A stretch of DNA of 59,080 nucleotides from Acidobacteriota bacterium (GCA_040755335.1 JBFMAU010000001.1:1-59080); one strand, 5' to 3'. Positions 9,753 through 19,728 are shown, counted from the stretch's first letter. Notes: generated by a model not told the origin, from the letters alone. Made by a program: numbers and translations.

Positions 9753-11075
9753 ATGAATAAAAAACTTTTCATTCTCGTCGCAGCAATAATCATCCTTGCA
9801 TCGCTCGCTTTTCTCTTCATCAAGCGAGACCCTGCGCAGGCCGTAGCCTCGCCCGTCGAGAGCGATGCTCACGCCACGATTGCCGACCTTCAGATTCGGC
9901 GGGCCGAAACGATCATCCGTCTTTCACCCTCACAGCCGGATGGGTATAACCTGCTGGCGCTGGCTTATATTCAGAAGGCTCGCGAGACGGGAGACTTCAG
10001 CTTCAATCTGAGAGCGGAAGCGGCTCTCAAACGCTCTATGGAAATAGCCCCCGATAATTTCGACGCGCTGAAACTGCAAGCCGTTTTTCTAATCGCCTCT
10101 CATCGTTTCTCTGAAGCCCTCGACTGGGCGCGACGCGCTCAGGCCATAGAGCCGGAAAGCCCCGACATCTACGGCGCGATGACAGACGCGATGATCGAGC
10201 TTGGAGATTATCAGGAGGCGTTCGACGCGGCTCAACGGATGATCGATCTCAGACCCGACAGCGCATCTTTCGCGAGAGCTTCCTTCGTGCGCGCGCTCAA
10301 TGGCCGCATAGCGGGCGCGATTGAAGCTATGCGCGTGGCCATTCGCGCCGCGCCGACGCGCGATGCGGAATCTCTCGCGTGGCTGCGAGTTCAGATGGGA
10401 AAGCTGTTGATGAGCGCGGGCAAACTCAAAGAAGCGGAAGAGCAGTTCGATCTCGCTTTGGAAGCGTTTCCATCTCATCACCTCGCGCTTGCGGCAAAGG
10501 CGCGAGCCAGACAGGCGGCAGGCGATCTTCAGGCGGCAATCGATTTCTACGAAAAATCTCAGGAGCGCGCCCCGCTTGCCGACACCGCCACGGCTCTGGG
10601 CGATCTGCACGCGAAGTTGAATCATCGGGACGAGGCGAAGCGACAGTATGAGCTTGTCGAGTTGATCGAAAATCCTTCATCAAACGCGAGCGACCTCAGA
10701 CAGTTGGCGCTCTTCTGGGCTGACCGCGATACGAGACTCGATGAAGCCCTTGAGATAGCGCGCCGCGCTCGCTCCAAACAATCAGACATCTACACCTGCG
10801 ACCTGCTCGCGTGGTGTTTGTTCAAAAAAGGCGCGCTCGCCCAGGCCAGAGCCGCTATCATCGAGGCGATGAGGCTGGGAACTAAGGATGCGCGAATTTA
10901 CTATCATGCAGGGATGATCTTCGACTCTCTGGGTGAGAGTCAAAAGGCGCGGAAGTATTTGAAAGCGGCTCTCGATATCAACGCGACTTTCGACAACAGC
11001 AATTCTTCTTTCGGCCCGCTTCAGCGAGATATTATACTCAGAACCCTCGAAGCCGGACGCGCAAGCCGGGACTGA
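9753..11075 (+). CDS. TPR-repeat protein with an N-terminal membrane anchor/signal
   Basis: ATG at 9753 (MNKKLFILVAAIIILASLAF). The rest of the ORF consists of repeated 34-aa A/L/Y-rich helical units (e.g. YNLLALAYIQKARETGD, ALKLQAVFLIASHRFSEAL). Confidence 0.8.
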   Translation: MNKKLFILVAAIIILASLAFLFIKRDPAQAVASPVESDAHATIADLQIRRAETIIRLSPSQPDGYNLLALAYIQKARETGDFSFNLRAEAALKRSMEIAPDNFDALKLQAVFLIASHRFSEALDWARRAQAIEPESPDIYGAMTDAMIELGDYQEAFDAAQRMIDLRPDSASFARASFVRALNGRIAGAIEAMRVAIRAAPTRDAESLAWLRVQMGKLLMSAGKLKEAEEQFDLALEAFPSHHLALAAKARARQAAGDLQAAIDFYEKSQERAPLADTATALGDLHAKLNHRDEAKRQYELVELIENPSSNASDLRQLALFWADRDTRLDEALEIARRARSKQSDIYTCDLLAWCLFKKGALAQARAAIIEAMRLGTKDARIYYHAGMIFDSLGESQKARKYLKAALDINATFDNSNSSFGPLQRDIILRTLEAGRASRD

Positions 11076-11297
11076 CCGCAGAGCCTTTATTCGGATCAAC
11101 TGAAATAACGCCCTCCTCTCAATCAGGCGCGCAGTCCTGACAGATCGACTAATAAACAGCATAAGTCTTTCGAATTTTACACAGCGCAGACCTGACTGTT
11201 ATTCTGTCAGCCGCCTTGACGCGAGCGCGATGGATCATTAAATTCCCATGCTTTGAATCCAAATGCGCAGCCAGGGAAAAACTTTGAGACACTACCG

Positions 11298-11975
11298 ATG
11301 AGCAAACTGAAAACGCTTTATCAATCCTCTCTCGGAAAAAAATACATCATGGCGCTGACGGGGCTGGGCCTGTTCGTCTTCGTCATCATTCACATGCTGG
11401 GCAACCTGCAAATTTTTCTCGGCCCTGATTCAATAAACTCTTACGCAGAGTTTCTCAAATCGAAACCCGCCCTGCTGTGGACTGTGCGCGGGGGGCTGCT
11501 CACGTTGGCCCTGCTGCATATTACTTCAGCCATTCAACTGGTATTGATAAATCGTCGCGCGCGGCCCGTCGGTTACTCGACGGACAAAATCGTGGCCGCA
11601 AGCCTCGCCGCCCGCACAATAATCGTGAGCGGATTGATAATCCTGATGTTCATCATCTATCACCTGCTGCACTTCACTGCGGGCGCGGTCGATTCCAGAT
11701 TTCTCAGGTACGAAGATTATCTCGGACGGCATGATGTCTACCGCATGATGATCGAAGGATTTTCAAATCCGTTCGCGTCGGCTTTCTACATAGTCTCGAT
11801 GGGGCTGCTGTGCCTTCATCTGAGCCATGGGGTGAGCAGCACCTTTCAGTCGCTCGGACTCAAGCGTCGCGCCTACGTCGATGCCATTGATCGGGCGGCC
11901 AGCGTTTCGGCTGTGGTGATTTTTCTCGGCAACTGCGCGATCCCCATCGCCGTGCTGGCAGGATTGGTTAAGTAA
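11298..11975 (+). CDS. sdhC: Succinate dehydrogenase cytochrome b558 subunit (Bacillus-type, 5 TM)
   Basis: ATG at 11298. Multi-TM protein with conserved His residues ([27 protein letters not shown]). It lies directly upstream of sdhA and sdhB. Confidence 0.85.
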   Translation: MSKLKTLYQSSLGKKYIMALTGLGLFVFVIIHMLGNLQIFLGPDSINSYAEFLKSKPALLWTVRGGLLTLALLHITSAIQLVLINRRARPVGYSTDKIVAASLAARTIIVSGLIILMFIIYHLLHFTAGAVDSRFLRYEDYLGRHDVYRMMIEGFSNPFASAFYIVSMGLLCLHLSHGVSSTFQSLGLKRRAYVDAIDRAASVSAVVIFLGNCAIPIAVLAGLVK

Positions 11976-12057
11976 GGGAGTATGGGTGTATGGATGTATG
12001 GGAGTAAGGGAGTGTGGGAGAAACTTATGACTCCCTTACTCCCACACTCCCACACTC
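11976..12057. repeat. Intercistronic hairpin built from 7-8-nt tandem repeats (GGGAGTRW units versus CTCCCACA/CTCCCTTA units)
   Basis: Left arm GGGAGTAAGGGAGTGTGGGAG, loop aaacttatga, right arm CTCCCTTACTCCCACACTCCCACACTC. It fills the sdhC-sdhA spacer. Confidence 0.85.
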
Positions 12058-12070
12058 TTTGTACTGAGTT

Positions 12071-13987
12071 ATGACGATAAAACTCGAATCGAAAATTCCG
12101 TCAGGGCCGCTTTCGCAAAAGTGGACCAAATACAGACAGGAAGTCAAACTGGTCAATCCGGCCAACAAGCGAAAGTTTCTCGTGATAGTCGTCGGCTCAG
12201 GGCTTGCCGGAGCTTCGGCTGCCGCGACTCTCGCAGAGCTTGGCTATAACGTCGCGTGTTTCTGCTTTCAGGACAGCCCCCGCCGCGCGCACTCCATAGC
12301 CGCGCAGGGGGGAATAAACGCCGCAAAAAATTATCGCAACGACGGCGACAGCGTTTATCGACTCTTCTATGACACGATCAAGGGAGGCGATTTTCGCGCC
12401 CGCGAAGCCAACGTCCATCGATTGGCCGAAGTCAGCGTAAACATAATCGATCAGTGCGTGGCCCAGGGCGTTCCCTTTGCGCGAGAGTACGGCGGACTGC
12501 TGGATAATCGCTCGTTCGGAGGCGCACAGGTCTCGCGCACTTTTTACGCTCGCGGGCAGACGGGACAACAGTTGCTTCTCGGCGCGTATCAGGCTCTCTC
12601 TCGTCAAATATCGCTCGGCACGGTGAAGATGTATCCGCGAACGGAGATGCTCGATCTGGTAGTCATCGACGGACATGCGAAAGGGATAATCACGCGCGAT
12701 CTGGTGACGGGCAAAATCCACGCGCACGCCGGAGACGCCGTCGTCCTTGCGACAGGCGGGTATGGAAATGTGTTTTATCTCTCGACCAACGCGCAGGGGT
12801 CGAATGTGACGGCGACCTGGCGCGCTCATAAAAAAGGCGCGGCGTTTGCCAATCCCTGCTACACACAGATTCACCCGACCTGCATACCCGTTACGGGCGA
12901 CCATCAGTCCAAGCTCACTTTGATGTCGGAATCTCTCCGCAACGACGGGCGCGTGTGGGTTCCCAAAAAAGCAGGCGACGTGCGTCAGCCGCAGGATATC
13001 CCTGAAGAAGACCGCGATTACTATCTTGAAAGAAAATATCCGAGCTACGGCAATCTCGCACCGCGCGATATTTCTTCGAGAGCGGCCAAGCAGGTCTGCG
13101 ACGAAGGGCGCGGAGTTGGACCGGGCGGGCGCGGAGTCTATCTCGATTTCGGAGACGCGATTCGCCGCCTTGGCAAAGAGAAGATCGAAGAGCGATACGG
13201 TAACCTCTTCGATATGTACGAGCGCATCACGGGCGAAAACGCTTACGAGCGACCTATGCGAATCTACCCGGCTGTTCATTACACGATGGGCGGATTGTGG
13301 GTCGATTACACGTTGATGAGCAATCTGCCGGGGCTGTTTGTTATTGGAGAGGCGAATTTTTCCGATCACGGCGCGAATCGATTGGGCGCAAGCGCGCTGA
13401 TGCAAGGACTCGCCGACGGCTACTTCATCCTGCCTTACACGATTGGAGAGTATTTCGCTTCGCAGCCTAAAGTTCTTCCCTCGACCGATCACGAGGAATT
13501 CAAAAAGGCCGAAGAAGAAGTCACATCAAGCACGAAGAAGTTGCTTTCGGTGAAAGGCAAGCGCACGGTGACGGAATTTCATCGCGAGCTTGGCAAGCTG
13601 ATGTGGGACAACTGCGGCATGGCGCGGACCGCCGCGAGCCTCAAAGAAGCTCTGGAAAAAATTCCAGCCATACGCGAAGAGTTTCATCAGAACGTCAACG
13701 TGCTGGGCGAACCGACGGAACTCAATCAACATCTGGAACGCGCGGGAAGGGTGGCCGATTTTATGGAGTTCGCCGAACTGCTCACCCTTGACGCGCTTCA
13801 CAGGGAAGAATCATGCGGAGGCCATTTCCGCGAGGAGTATCAGACGGAAGACGGCGAGGCGAAGCGCGACGATGAAAAGTTTTCTTATGCCGCCTGCTGG
13901 GAATATAAGAAGGGCGAGCCGCCTGTTATGCACGAAGAGCCGCTCGTCTATGAAGAAGTCAGAATGAGTCAGAGAAGTTATAAATGA
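12071..13987 (+). CDS. sdhA: Succinate dehydrogenase / fumarate reductase flavoprotein subunit
   Basis: 638 aa with an FAD-binding N-terminus ([12 protein letters not shown]), the [11 protein letters not shown] His-FAD motif region, and catalytic HPT and RL motifs. Confidence 0.95.
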   Translation: MTIKLESKIPSGPLSQKWTKYRQEVKLVNPANKRKFLVIVVGSGLAGASAAATLAELGYNVACFCFQDSPRRAHSIAAQGGINAAKNYRNDGDSVYRLFYDTIKGGDFRAREANVHRLAEVSVNIIDQCVAQGVPFAREYGGLLDNRSFGGAQVSRTFYARGQTGQQLLLGAYQALSRQISLGTVKMYPRTEMLDLVVIDGHAKGIITRDLVTGKIHAHAGDAVVLATGGYGNVFYLSTNAQGSNVTATWRAHKKGAAFANPCYTQIHPTCIPVTGDHQSKLTLMSESLRNDGRVWVPKKAGDVRQPQDIPEEDRDYYLERKYPSYGNLAPRDISSRAAKQVCDEGRGVGPGGRGVYLDFGDAIRRLGKEKIEERYGNLFDMYERITGENAYERPMRIYPAVHYTMGGLWVDYTLMSNLPGLFVIGEANFSDHGANRLGASALMQGLADGYFILPYTIGEYFASQPKVLPSTDHEEFKKAEEEVTSSTKKLLSVKGKRTVTEFHRELGKLMWDNCGMARTAASLKEALEKIPAIREEFHQNVNVLGEPTELNQHLERAGRVADFMEFAELLTLDALHREESCGGHFREEYQTEDGEAKRDDEKFSYAACWEYKKGEPPVMHEEPLVYEEVRMSQRSYK

Positions 13988-14060
13988 GAGTCGAGAGTCT
14001 GGGGTCGAGAGTCTGGAGTCAGAATGCCGTACTCCAGACTCCAGACTCCAGACTCCAGAC
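13988..14060. repeat. Intercistronic hairpin built from GGAGTCT/GAGAGTC heptamer arrays and their complement (ACTCCAG)n
   Basis: GAGTCGAGAGTCTGGGGTCGAGAGTCTGGAGTC - loop - ACTCCAGACTCCAGACTCCAGACTCCAGAC. It lies between the sdhA stop and the sdhB start. Confidence 0.85.
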
Positions 14061-14074
14061 TTGAGGAGCGAAGG

Positions 14075-14821
14075 ATGGATTTGACATTGAAAGTCTGGCG
14101 ACAGAAAGACGTTTCTTCGTCGGGCCGCTTCGTCGAGTACAAGACGAGGAACATAAGCAAAGAGATGTCTTTTCTGGAAATGCTCGATGTCGTAAACGAA
14201 GAGCTTGTCGCCAAGGGCGAAGACCCGATTGCTTTCGATCACGACTGCCGCGAGGGTATATGCGGAATGTGCGGGATGGTCATCAACGGATCGCCTCATG
14301 GGCCGTGGGATGCGACCACCACATGCCAGTTGCACATGCGAGCTTTCAAGGACGGCGATGTGATAACCATAGAGCCGTGGAGGGCCGGAGCTTTTCCGGT
14401 CATCAGAGATTTGGTTGTTGATCGTTCCGCGTTTGATCGAATAATTCAGGCGGGCGGATTCATATCGGTTTCGACGGGCGGAGCGCCCGATGGCAACGCG
14501 ATCCCGATTCCTAAAGATGACGCCGACCTTGCTATGGACGCCGCGCAATGCATAGGCTGCGGCGCGTGCGTCGCGGCGTGCAAGAACGCTTCGGCCATGC
14601 TGTTTGTCGCGGCCAAGGTTTCTCATCTCGGCATACTGCCGCAGGGCCGTGTGGAACAGGACAAGAGGGTATTGAATATGGTCAGGGCGATGGACGCGGA
14701 AGGATTCGGCAACTGCACCAACATAGGCTCGTGCGAAGCGGTTTGCCCGAAAGAAATAAGCGTCGATTTTATAGGCCGAATGAATCGCGACTATCGCCGC
14801 GCGCTGCTCAAAGGCAAATAA
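14075..14821 (+). CDS. sdhB: Succinate dehydrogenase iron-sulfur subunit
   Basis: ATG at 14075 preceded by GAGGAGCGAAGG. Cys clusters [21 protein letters not shown] and [12 protein letters not shown]. Confidence 0.93.
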   Translation: MDLTLKVWRQKDVSSSGRFVEYKTRNISKEMSFLEMLDVVNEELVAKGEDPIAFDHDCREGICGMCGMVINGSPHGPWDATTTCQLHMRAFKDGDVITIEPWRAGAFPVIRDLVVDRSAFDRIIQAGGFISVSTGGAPDGNAIPIPKDDADLAMDAAQCIGCGACVAACKNASAMLFVAAKVSHLGILPQGRVEQDKRVLNMVRAMDAEGFGNCTNIGSCEAVCPKEISVDFIGRMNRDYRRALLKGK

Positions 14822-14834
14822 ATCGATTCGTCAG

Positions 14835-14880
14835 AGCCGCAGAGAAATTTTCTTCGCAGGATTTCTCTCTGCGGCTTTTG
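14835..14880 (+). terminator. Rho-independent terminator of sdhCAB
   Basis: AGCCGCAGAGAAAT ... ATTTCTCTCTGCGGCT stem followed by TTTTGCTTTC, starting 14 nt after the sdhB stop. Confidence 0.75.
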
Positions 14881-14925
14881 CTTTCAGGATTGTTGCGAAA
14901 TCGCTCGACAACAAAAGACGAGACC

Positions 14926-15030
14926 GGGGAGCGCGCTCGGCCTTCGCGCTTGCTTGCGGAGTCAGGATTTGAGGGTTTTCTGTAGGCTTTACGGTTGAAG
15001 TCCGGCGTGCGAGCCGCACGCGCTCCCAGG
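14926..15030 (+). repeat. ~105-bp palindromic-ended dispersed element, family C (copy 1)
   Basis: The ends GGGAGCGCGCT ... ACGCGCTCCC are inverted. The core GCTTGCTTGCGGAGTCAGGATTTGAGGGTTTTCT matches the reverse complement of 43730-43830. Spurious ORFs through both copies end in LLAESGF(E/Q)GFL. Confidence 0.85.
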
Positions 15031-15095
15031 ACAAATTCGATAGGTTGTTTCGCCTGCTGAGGAGTGATAAGTTGAAGCCTACAGCGAGGTCAAGT

Positions 15096-15776
15096 ATGAG
15101 TACGGACGCACAGGATCAGGCGACGGCGGTTTATTACCCTGAGACGGACGGCAAACCGATGGGCGAAACCGAACTGCACGTTCAACTGATCACCGATCTG
15201 AGATTCGCCCTGAGAGAATTTTTCCGCGACCGCAAAGATATTCACGTCGGCAGCAATCTGCTGCTTTATTACGAAGAGGGCAATCCGCGAAAGTTCATCG
15301 TCCCCGATGTCTTCGTCGCCCGCGTCAGAAAAACTCCTCCGCGCCGCGTGTATAAAATGTGGGAAGAAGGCCGCGCGCCGAGTGTGGTGATAGAGGTGTC
15401 CTCACGCGAGACGTGGCTTGCGGACGTGCAGAGAAAGTGGCAGTTGTACGAGCGTCTGGGCGTCAGCGAATACTTCATCTTCGATCCCGAATACAGCTAT
15501 CAGGAACAGCCTTTGCTCGCATATCGATTGCAGGAGGGCCAGCTTCTTCAGCTTGAAGTCATCGGCGGGCGAATCAGTAGCGAAGAGCTTGGGCTGGAAC
15601 TCGTCGACACGGGAGAGACGCTACGATTATTCAATCCGGCGACGAATCAATTCCTGATGACGCAGGATGAAATGACAGATGCTCTTCAGGCGGAGGCCGA
15701 AGCTCGCAGGCAGGCAGAAGATGAAGTAGCGCGATTGCGCGATGAGATAGAACGTCTCCGGGGCGGCGCGGAATAG
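15096..15776 (+). CDS. Uma2-family (DUF820) PD-(D/E)XK endonuclease-like protein
   Basis: ATG at 15096. Motifs YYPETDGKPMGETELH, VPDVFV and PSVVIEVSS are typical of Uma2. The C-terminus is a charged coiled-coil tail (EAEARRQAEDEVARLRDEIERLR). Confidence 0.8.
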   Translation: MSTDAQDQATAVYYPETDGKPMGETELHVQLITDLRFALREFFRDRKDIHVGSNLLLYYEEGNPRKFIVPDVFVARVRKTPPRRVYKMWEEGRAPSVVIEVSSRETWLADVQRKWQLYERLGVSEYFIFDPEYSYQEQPLLAYRLQEGQLLQLEVIGGRISSEELGLELVDTGETLRLFNPATNQFLMTQDEMTDALQAEAEARRQAEDEVARLRDEIERLRGGAE

Positions 15777-15994
15777 TCAGGGCGCGATTTCAGGGTGATC
15801 GCTTCAAACGGCTCGCAGGAGTCGAGGGTTGTTGTTTGTCTGTTGCAGAACTCATCTGTGCATACTCGGTCAGCCTGACAGTCGCCTTTTGATTGCATCT
15901 GGGCAACCTTTGACTTTGCCTCGCGCATCACGCCGATGGCTGCGCATCAGGCAGTCATTCACGAACCGCTCATAAAAACTCCGGAGGAACAAGG

Positions 15995-16357
15995 ATGAAA
16001 AAAAGACTGGCCAGTCTTCTGCTGGCGCTGTCTCTGGCGGGAGTGACGGTCCCGACAGCGACGGCCCAGGATAGAGGTTTCATCAAACGAAGCAAAAACG
16101 GGGTCAAGGTGGGTGATAGTCGAATCACCCTCTTCGACGGCCCAGGCATAGTCAACTATGAACACAAACACGAGTGGATGTCAGGGCCGGGAGGAGCCGC
16201 GATAGTCATCGGCACGGGAGCCGGGGCGGGCGCGGCTACAGGCTATCTGGTGAGTCGCAACAAAAAAGGAGCCATCATAGGAGCCGCCGTCGGCGCAGGC
16301 GCGGCTACGGGGCTGTGGCTCTACAAAAACCGCCGTCACAAACACAAAATCTTTTGA
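15995..16357 (+). CDS. Small exported glycine-zipper protein
   Basis: Signal peptide MKKRLASLLLALSLAGVTVPTATA. The C-terminal half has GxxxG-type glycine zippers (GTGAGAGAATGY, GAAVGAGAATG). A strong terminator follows. Confidence 0.7.
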   Translation: MKKRLASLLLALSLAGVTVPTATAQDRGFIKRSKNGVKVGDSRITLFDGPGIVNYEHKHEWMSGPGGAAIVIGTGAGAGAATGYLVSRNKKGAIIGAAVGAGAATGLWLYKNRRHKHKIF

Positions 16358-16383
16358 CTTTCAATGGATCGAATTCACTCGGA

Positions 16384-16409
16384 GGGCGGAGATGTCTCCG
16401 CCCTTTTTT
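16384..16409 (+). terminator. Rho-independent terminator (GGGCGGAG-atgt-CTCCGCCC + T6)
   Basis: Perfect GC stem followed by TTTTTT, 27 nt after the stop at 16357. Confidence 0.8.
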
Positions 16410-16575
16410 CATAAGCTTTGAAAATTTTTTCTTCACCCCTGCGCGTATTCACGCAGAAGAGTGCGCAACCTTCCGCATCGCGCTTCTGTAATCGCTCATA
16501 ATCTCGAATTTCTGCCGGGAACACCGCTTGCCTCATCGAGTGTTTCAACTCAAACCAAACGGAGCGCCGTCTTGT

Positions 16576-17949
16576 ATGAAGACGATCATAGAACCGTTCA
16601 GAGTCAAGGTAGTAGAGCCGATCAGAATGACCACGCGCGCGGAACGCGAGGGCTATCTCAAGGAGGCCTTTTACAATCTCTTTCTCATAAACGCCGAAAA
16701 TGTTCTGATCGATCTTCTGACCGATAGCGGGACTGCCGCGATGAGTTCCGAACAATGGGCGGCGATGATGCGCGGAGATGAATCCTATGCCGGAAGCACG
16801 AGCTTCTATCGGTTCGAGAAGAGCGTGCGTGATATCTTCGGATTCCGCCACGTCATCCCCGCGCATCAGGGACGCGCAGCCGAAAGGATTCTCTTTTCGG
16901 TTATGTGCAGGCCAAATCAGATAGTCCCCAACAACACGCACTTCGACACGACTCGCGCGAACGTAGAACACGTCGGCGCGAGGGCCGTCGATCTGCCCTC
17001 GCCGGAATTTTATCGTCCCTCCATCGCTCATCCGTTCAAAGGCAATATGGACACAGACGCGCTCAAACTTTTGATCAGGCGCGAAGGGGCCGAAAAAATT
17101 CCGCTCGTTATGCTCACCGTTACGAACAACTCAGGCGGCGGCCAGCCGGTTTCTATGGCGAACATCCGCGAGGTCAAATCCGTCTGCGCGAAGTATGGCA
17201 TTCCGCTTTATATCGATGCGTGTCGCTTCGCCGAAAACGCCTACTTCATCAAGCTGCGCGAAGAAGGCTACAGTGAAAAATCAGTCGCCGAGATTGCGCG
17301 CGAGATGTTTTCCCTTGCTGACGGCTGCACGATGTCGGCCAAGAAAAACGGGCTTGCCAACATCGGCGGATTCCTTTGCACGAATGACGACAGAATGGCG
17401 CAGCAGGAAAAAGACCTGCTCATACTGACCGAAGGCTTTCCGACCTACGGCGGGATGGCCGGACGCGACCTCGAAGCGATAGCCGTGGGGTTGGAGGAGG
17501 TGCTGCACGAAGATTATCTGCAATATCGCCATGCGTCGGTTCGCTATCTCGGTCGCCACATCGCCGACAGAGGAGTTCCCATAGTCGAGCCTCCCGGCGG
17601 ACACGCTATCTACATCGATGCGGCGGCGATGCTCTCTCACATCCCTCCGCTTCAGTTTCCTGGACAGGCATTGGCGGTGGAGTTGTACCGCGAAGCAGGG
17701 ATACGCTCATGCGAGATAGGATCGGTCATGCACGCGAGGAGGGACGCTGAAACAGGAAGCGAGGTACCAGCTTCTATGGAACTGGTGCGGCTCGCCATCC
17801 CTCAGCGCGCTTACACGCAAAGCCATATCGATTATGTGATAGAGGCGATCATGGATGTCTATCATCGCCGTCTCTCGATACCGGGCTATCGAATAATTTA
17901 TCAGGCTCCGTTTCTGCGCCACTTCACGGCGCGCTTTGAGCCTTGTTGA
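16576..17949 (+). CDS. Beta-eliminating lyase: tryptophanase / tyrosine phenol-lyase family (PLP)
   Basis: ATG at 16576. End-to-end resemblance to TnaA/TPL: EPFRVKVVEP, IDLLTDSGT, MMRGDESYAGS, PAHQGR, GGQPVSMAN, FAENAYFIK, the SAKK PLP lysine, FPTYGG, RLAIPQRAYTQSH. I cannot decide the Trp versus Tyr substrate by eye. Confidence 0.9.
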   Translation: MKTIIEPFRVKVVEPIRMTTRAEREGYLKEAFYNLFLINAENVLIDLLTDSGTAAMSSEQWAAMMRGDESYAGSTSFYRFEKSVRDIFGFRHVIPAHQGRAAERILFSVMCRPNQIVPNNTHFDTTRANVEHVGARAVDLPSPEFYRPSIAHPFKGNMDTDALKLLIRREGAEKIPLVMLTVTNNSGGGQPVSMANIREVKSVCAKYGIPLYIDACRFAENAYFIKLREEGYSEKSVAEIAREMFSLADGCTMSAKKNGLANIGGFLCTNDDRMAQQEKDLLILTEGFPTYGGMAGRDLEAIAVGLEEVLHEDYLQYRHASVRYLGRHIADRGVPIVEPPGGHAIYIDAAAMLSHIPPLQFPGQALAVELYREAGIRSCEIGSVMHARRDAETGSEVPASMELVRLAIPQRAYTQSHIDYVIEAIMDVYHRRLSIPGYRIIYQAPFLRHFTARFEPC

Positions 17950-17962
17950 TGGAGGATGAAAA

Positions 17963-18541
17963 ATGGCTGTCACTATCGGAGGAAAAGCGGAAAACGATTA
18001 CACGAACCCGCTCGGTATGTTGAGCGACTGCCATCGCCGCATCGAGCGATTTCTCCGCACTCTGATCACAGTTACAGATCAGGCGCGAGGCAGAGAGTTG
18101 AGCCGAGAAGAGCGCGACGCTCTGGAGACGGCGCTCAGATATTTTCGCGAAGCGGCGCCGCGTCACACCGAAGATGAAGAAGAATCGCTCTTTCCGCGAA
18201 TGCGCGCCTGCCCGCAGGCAGCAGCGACGCTTGAACGCCTCGACGCTCTGCATACAGATCACGAAGTGGCCGACTCACTGCACGAGGAAGCGGACTTGCT
18301 CGGACGAGAGTGGCTGACCGAAGGGAGTCTTTCAACTGAATCTGTTCGCCGCCTGATCGAAGCCCTCAAAGAATTGCGCGCCATCTATGAACGGCACATC
18401 GCGGAAGAAGACACCAGGATTTTCCCTCTCGCCGCAGAGATTCTTCCGCGAGACGCGATAGAAGCTCTTGCGCGAGAGATGGCCTCGCGGCGTTCGGTCG
18501 CGCTGGACGGTCGTCTGCGCGCGGCTGGATGGAATCCCTGA
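17963..18541 (+). CDS. Hemerythrin (HHE cation-binding) domain protein
   Basis: His/Glu ligand pattern DCHRRIERF, HTEDEEESLFP, LHTDHEV, HIAEEDTRIFP. Confidence 0.75.
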   Translation: MAVTIGGKAENDYTNPLGMLSDCHRRIERFLRTLITVTDQARGRELSREERDALETALRYFREAAPRHTEDEEESLFPRMRACPQAAATLERLDALHTDHEVADSLHEEADLLGREWLTEGSLSTESVRRLIEALKELRAIYERHIAEEDTRIFPLAAEILPRDAIEALAREMASRRSVALDGRLRAAGWNP

Positions 18542-18567
18542 AGAAGCAAGCTGGTCTCCTTTCAGAA

Positions 18568-18601
18568 GGGTCTGACGCTGCGGCATCAGACCCTATTTTT
18601 T
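18568..18601 (+). terminator. Rho-independent terminator between convergent genes (GGGTCTGA ... TCAGACCC + TATTTTTT)
   Basis: 8-bp stem, 10-nt loop and a T-run. It lies between the hemerythrin stop (18541) and the dehydratase stop (18604). Confidence 0.7.
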
Positions 18602-18603
18602 CT

Positions 18604-19530
18604 TCAGGCCAGTATGCTTCGATAAACTTCAGGGTCTACGTTTCCGCCGCTGATGACGCAGCAAACAGACCGGTCTCGGAAAAATTCAGGCTCGGTCATC
18701 AACGCGCCTATGGAGAGTGCGCCCGTGGGTTCCGTTTTTAGATTGGCCAGAAGAAACAACACCCGCACGCCTTCGATTATCTTCTCTTCCGTCACTTCGA
18801 TTATGCGACTGATTCCGTCTTTGAGAATCTCCCAGTTGTGATGGCCTATGCTTACAGTCCGCGTGCCGTCTGCGATGGTTTGAGGCTCCGCTTCGTTTGC
18901 GACTATGCGGCCTTCGCGCAAAGAGCGAGCCGCGTCATTTGCGATGAGCGGCTCCGCGCCTATGACCTCAGTGTCGCGGCCCGAAGCGCGCACGGCTTTG
19001 ATTAGTCCTGACGTGAGTCCGCCGCCTCCTACGGGCGCGATGATGAAATCGAAACTTCGCGACATCGAGCAGAGTTCTTCGCCGAGGCTGGCGTTGCCTT
19101 CTATGACTAAAGGGTCGTCGTAGGCGCTTGCGATGTATGCGTCGGGGTAGAGATCGGAAAGCTCGCCCACGCGCGCGGCGCGGCTTTTGATGCGAACATC
19201 GACGAGATCGGCCTGAGCGCCATATTCGCGCACGGCATCGATTTTCACCTGAGCGGAGTTGTGAGGCATCACGATGATGCACTCTTTGCCGAGCAACCCG
19301 CAGGCATAAGCCATGGCTTGCCCGTAGTTGCCGGAGGAAGCGGCAATGATTCGCCGATGGGGGACTTTCGACGCGAGGTTGTAAGCGGCTCGAAACTTGA
19401 AGCTGCCCGTATGCTGAAAAGTTTCGGTCGCTATAGTCACCCGCGCCCCCAGTTTTTTCGAGAGTCGTTCGGATTCGATTATGGTCGTCGGTCTGACGGC
19501 TTCGCGTAGAGGTTTTGGAGAGTGGCTCAT
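18604..19530 (-). CDS. PLP-dependent serine/threonine dehydratase family enzyme
   Basis: ETFQHTGSFKFRAAYN (PLP lysine motif), the GGGGL glycine loop (APVGGGGLTSG), and about 308 aa with no regulatory ACT domain. Confidence 0.85.
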   Translation of the reverse strand: MSHSPKPLREAVRPTTIIESERLSKKLGARVTIATETFQHTGSFKFRAAYNLASKVPHRRIIAASSGNYGQAMAYACGLLGKECIIVMPHNSAQVKIDAVREYGAQADLVDVRIKSRAARVGELSDLYPDAYIASAYDDPLVIEGNASLGEELCSMSRSFDFIIAPVGGGGLTSGLIKAVRASGRDTEVIGAEPLIANDAARSLREGRIVANEAEPQTIADGTRTVSIGHHNWEILKDGISRIIEVTEEKIIEGVRVLFLLANLKTEPTGALSIGALMTEPEFFRDRSVCCVISGGNVDPEVYRSILA

Positions 19531-19728
19531 AGAGTGGAACTATCTCAAAAGAAGCGGCGGGGTGACAAGCTTTCCTGAAACAGCAGGAAGAAATTCGCAG
19601 GCGGCGTGAAAACAAAACTGCTCCATGATTGACCTCCACAGTTTCAGTTGCAAAAACATGATGAAGGAAAAATCATGGAGCATCATCTTCAATACGGCTC
19701 TCCATTTCCGATAGCATTCGACTGAATG

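Noticed and set aside
12197-13492. 431-aa ORF antisense to sdhA. There are similar long antisense or shadow ORFs at 13811..14626, 20377..21447, 27679..28470, 30703..31491, 44491..45375, 46592..47488 and 54143..55051.
   Set aside because: Each lies entirely inside a strongly supported gene on the opposite strand. Their composition is Arg/Ser/Ala/Gly-rich and low-complexity, typical of off-frame translation of GC-rich DNA. None has a recognisable motif or SD.
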